Part shown: positions 62,024 to 64,000 of the stretch, piece after piece
Layout: each line of letters begins with the position of its first letter
Numbering within the stretch: the stretch's first letter is position 1
Assembly (NCBI GenBank): GCA_965645245.1
Contig: OZ287067.1
Coordinates: 868,001-932,000 of the forward strand
Length of the DNA stretch: 64,000 nucleotides
Direction of reading: 5' to 3'
DNA from: Massalongia carnosa
Lineage: Eukaryota
Notes under the pieces: model-generated
The model's input: the letters and a program-made list of their open reading frames with translations, nothing else
What the model was told of the DNA's origin: nothing
The model's database searches: none
Position numbers and translations under genes: made by a program

Positions 62024-63761
62024 TGTTACGACCCTAGTAGGGATAGGACATCCTACTATGGATCGAACAGTTAAACCGTTCTGGGTTTGGACCCAGCGGG
62101 AAGCTCACCTGGCTCACTGGTGAGCAAGGCGAGCTGGATAGCTCACCTGGCTCACTGACGAGCAGAGCGAGCAGGTGCTCATCGAGCTCACGAGCGAGCA
62201 GAGTGAGCAAGAACTATATAAGTAGCGAAGATTCTCTTATGAAAGCTTCGTGTTCAATTCTCTTTATCATCTTAACTTCATAGTTACAATCTACTGCATT
62301 GACGATTGTTCTCATTTACGTGAAGCTATTCTCGTTGCATCTGACGAACACTACAGATCGCTCTATATAAGATCAAACATTTCTCGCGTTTGAAACATCG
62401 AAGAAGACGCGTAGCACTTTGAACATTTTTAAAGATGTCTGTATCAGATCAACGAACTTTTACTTCAAGCATCATTGACAACACTCAACATTAAACAACG
62501 ATTATCGATGACGACAAAATCAAAATCAACAAATCTGACGTATATCACGAAGATCGTAATGAACTGAACGATTGATTCACACAGATAAACATTTACTTTA
62601 TTTTTAATAATGTTTCAACAGCAAAGAAAACTTTATTCGCATCAATCTTTTTTAAAGAAAAAATCGAAAAATGATTCAAATCATTTCTGCGCAAACATTT
62701 AAATGATGACGAAAATCTCGAACATGTAATCGCGCGTTATGATTGTTTCAAGATCGAAATTCGAAGAATCTTTGAAATCTTTAATGAAGAAAAAACAGCG
62801 AAAAGAACAATACAACATTTGCAACAACGAACGTCTGCGACGAAATATGCAGCACGATTTCAAAAACAAGTCAATTTAATGGAATGAAACGACGCAGCTT
62901 TAATGATCATGTATAAGAAAAATCTTAAAAACAATGTCAAGAATGAATTTATGAAATGAAGCGAAGACATAAACAGTTTCAAATTCTTGATGAAAATCGC
63001 GATCGAATTCGACGACAAGCTTTACGAACGTGTCATGAAAAAACGTTACAACGATTCACGCAGAAATGCGAGCATTTTTGCGAAATCAGTTGATTATCGC
63101 AGAAAAGAATCACATTTCAGAAATAATATCGATAATTACGATATCACGTTTATGAAATTGAATTCGACACAACGACGCAAGAAGATCAACTCTAAAAGAA
63201 ATAAAAAAAACAATAAAAACAACAAAACGTGTTATTCATGTGACAAATCGAATCATTTCGCGAAAAATTGTCGATCAAAAAACTTAATGCAACGACGACA
63301 GATCAATGTTACATTGAAGAAAGATTCTGATGCATGAAAAAAAATAAAAAAGAAGAAAATCGCAAGAAACATCGAGAATTTTTTGAATTTCAGCACAGAT
63401 GACGAATACTTTCATGTGAAAATTCGAAAAAAATTACTCGAAATGCTCAATGAAAAAAAATCACACGAGACATCTGCGACGACAACGCAATTGAACGAAA
63501 CAATCAAAACGACGATTAAATCATCAACATCGTATTTTAAACAAGAGAATCAAGACGAATGTGAATGAATCGAATTAAAACGACAGCAGTTCGACGAAAT
63601 GATTGCAGAATTGAATCGAATGAACAGAATTTCTTGAATATGAAATATGTTCAATCAATTCGAAAAAATTTTCGAAAAACGCATGTTCGAGCGCGACTCT
63701 CAATTAAAAGAAATAATTGAAAAAACATTGAAAAGCACAATCTCGCAAACAAGTAATATTT
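62024..63761 (+). mobile_element. Ty3/Gypsy-type LTR retrotransposon, 5' part (LTR about 62024-62416 plus heavily mutated gag)
   Basis: TGTTACG..CGTAGCA LTR termini. A gag-like frame starts at about 62435 with a zinc knuckle CYSCDKSNHFAKNC and many stops. The Gypsy call rests on gag resemblance only. Confidence 0.75.
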
Positions 63762-64000
63762 TGTTGAATATTCAACTCCTACCAGTACTGTCATGAAATG
63801 CCTCCGACCTCACCACGTGCCTCTATCACGTGCCTTGATCTGATGACTACTCACGGACGTCGTGCCATGCCTTCGGGACCCTCATATCATTCTTCGAATT
63901 CGCCGATTACTGATCATTAATCAGCCTCGCATTGATGTTTGATGTCATGGAGTGACTGGGCACCTGCCAGTTAGTTCATTGAATCAACCTTAGCTGCTTG
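63762..64000 (+). mobile_element. Copia-like LTR start nested in the Gypsy element
   Basis: TGTTGAATATTCAACTCCTACCAG resembles the start of the 42939 LTR (TGTTGAATATCCAATCCCTACCAG). Composition returns abruptly to CC/GG-containing sequence here. Confidence 0.6.

Larger units (their letters stand above)
60462..64000 (+). mobile_element. Second related Starship (5' portion), head-to-head with the first and extending beyond the window
   Basis: 60462-62023 is an inverted homolog of about 58850-60443, including the terminus CCCCGAACCCAGGCCAACACGTGA, a TGCTCCC array (60518-60620), the leader and the captain 5' exons. Confidence 0.85.

Overview
Filamentous ascomycete (Pezizomycotina-type) genomic DNA with spliceosomal introns. 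Bases 1-20,000 are host sequence: a ZIP/Zrt3-like zinc transporter, the PKA catalytic subunit, an intact hAT transposon with TIRs and an 8-bp TSD, and a CBM21 glycogen-targeting PP1 subunit, separated by long microsatellite-rich spacers. About 20,086-60,443 is what appears to be a complete ~40.4-kb Starship-type giant transposon on the minus strand. It has an apparently intact 7-exon DUF3435-type tyrosine recombinase 'captain' at its right end, short imperfect terminal inverted repeats, (TA)n tracts at both junctions and helically phased GGGAGCA arrays inside both ends. Its cargo is rich in conflict/immunity-type domains: a ZNFX1-like helicase with an RZ finger, an OTT_1508-like deaminase fused to a MYND finger, a HET protein, an NLR-type TPR relic, PD-(D/E)XK-like proteins and an Aim9/APH-like kinase. 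It also holds a decayed Copia element with an internal ~50-bp tandem array. Across an 18-bp (TA)9 spacer, a second related Starship begins head-to-head. Its captain is pseudogenised and interrupted by a Gypsy element, which is in turn interrupted by a Copia-like LTR. The decayed repeats show C->T/G->A mutation concentrated on CC/GG dinucleotides rather than canonical CpA RIP. All domain calls come from motif recognition by eye; no database searches were run.
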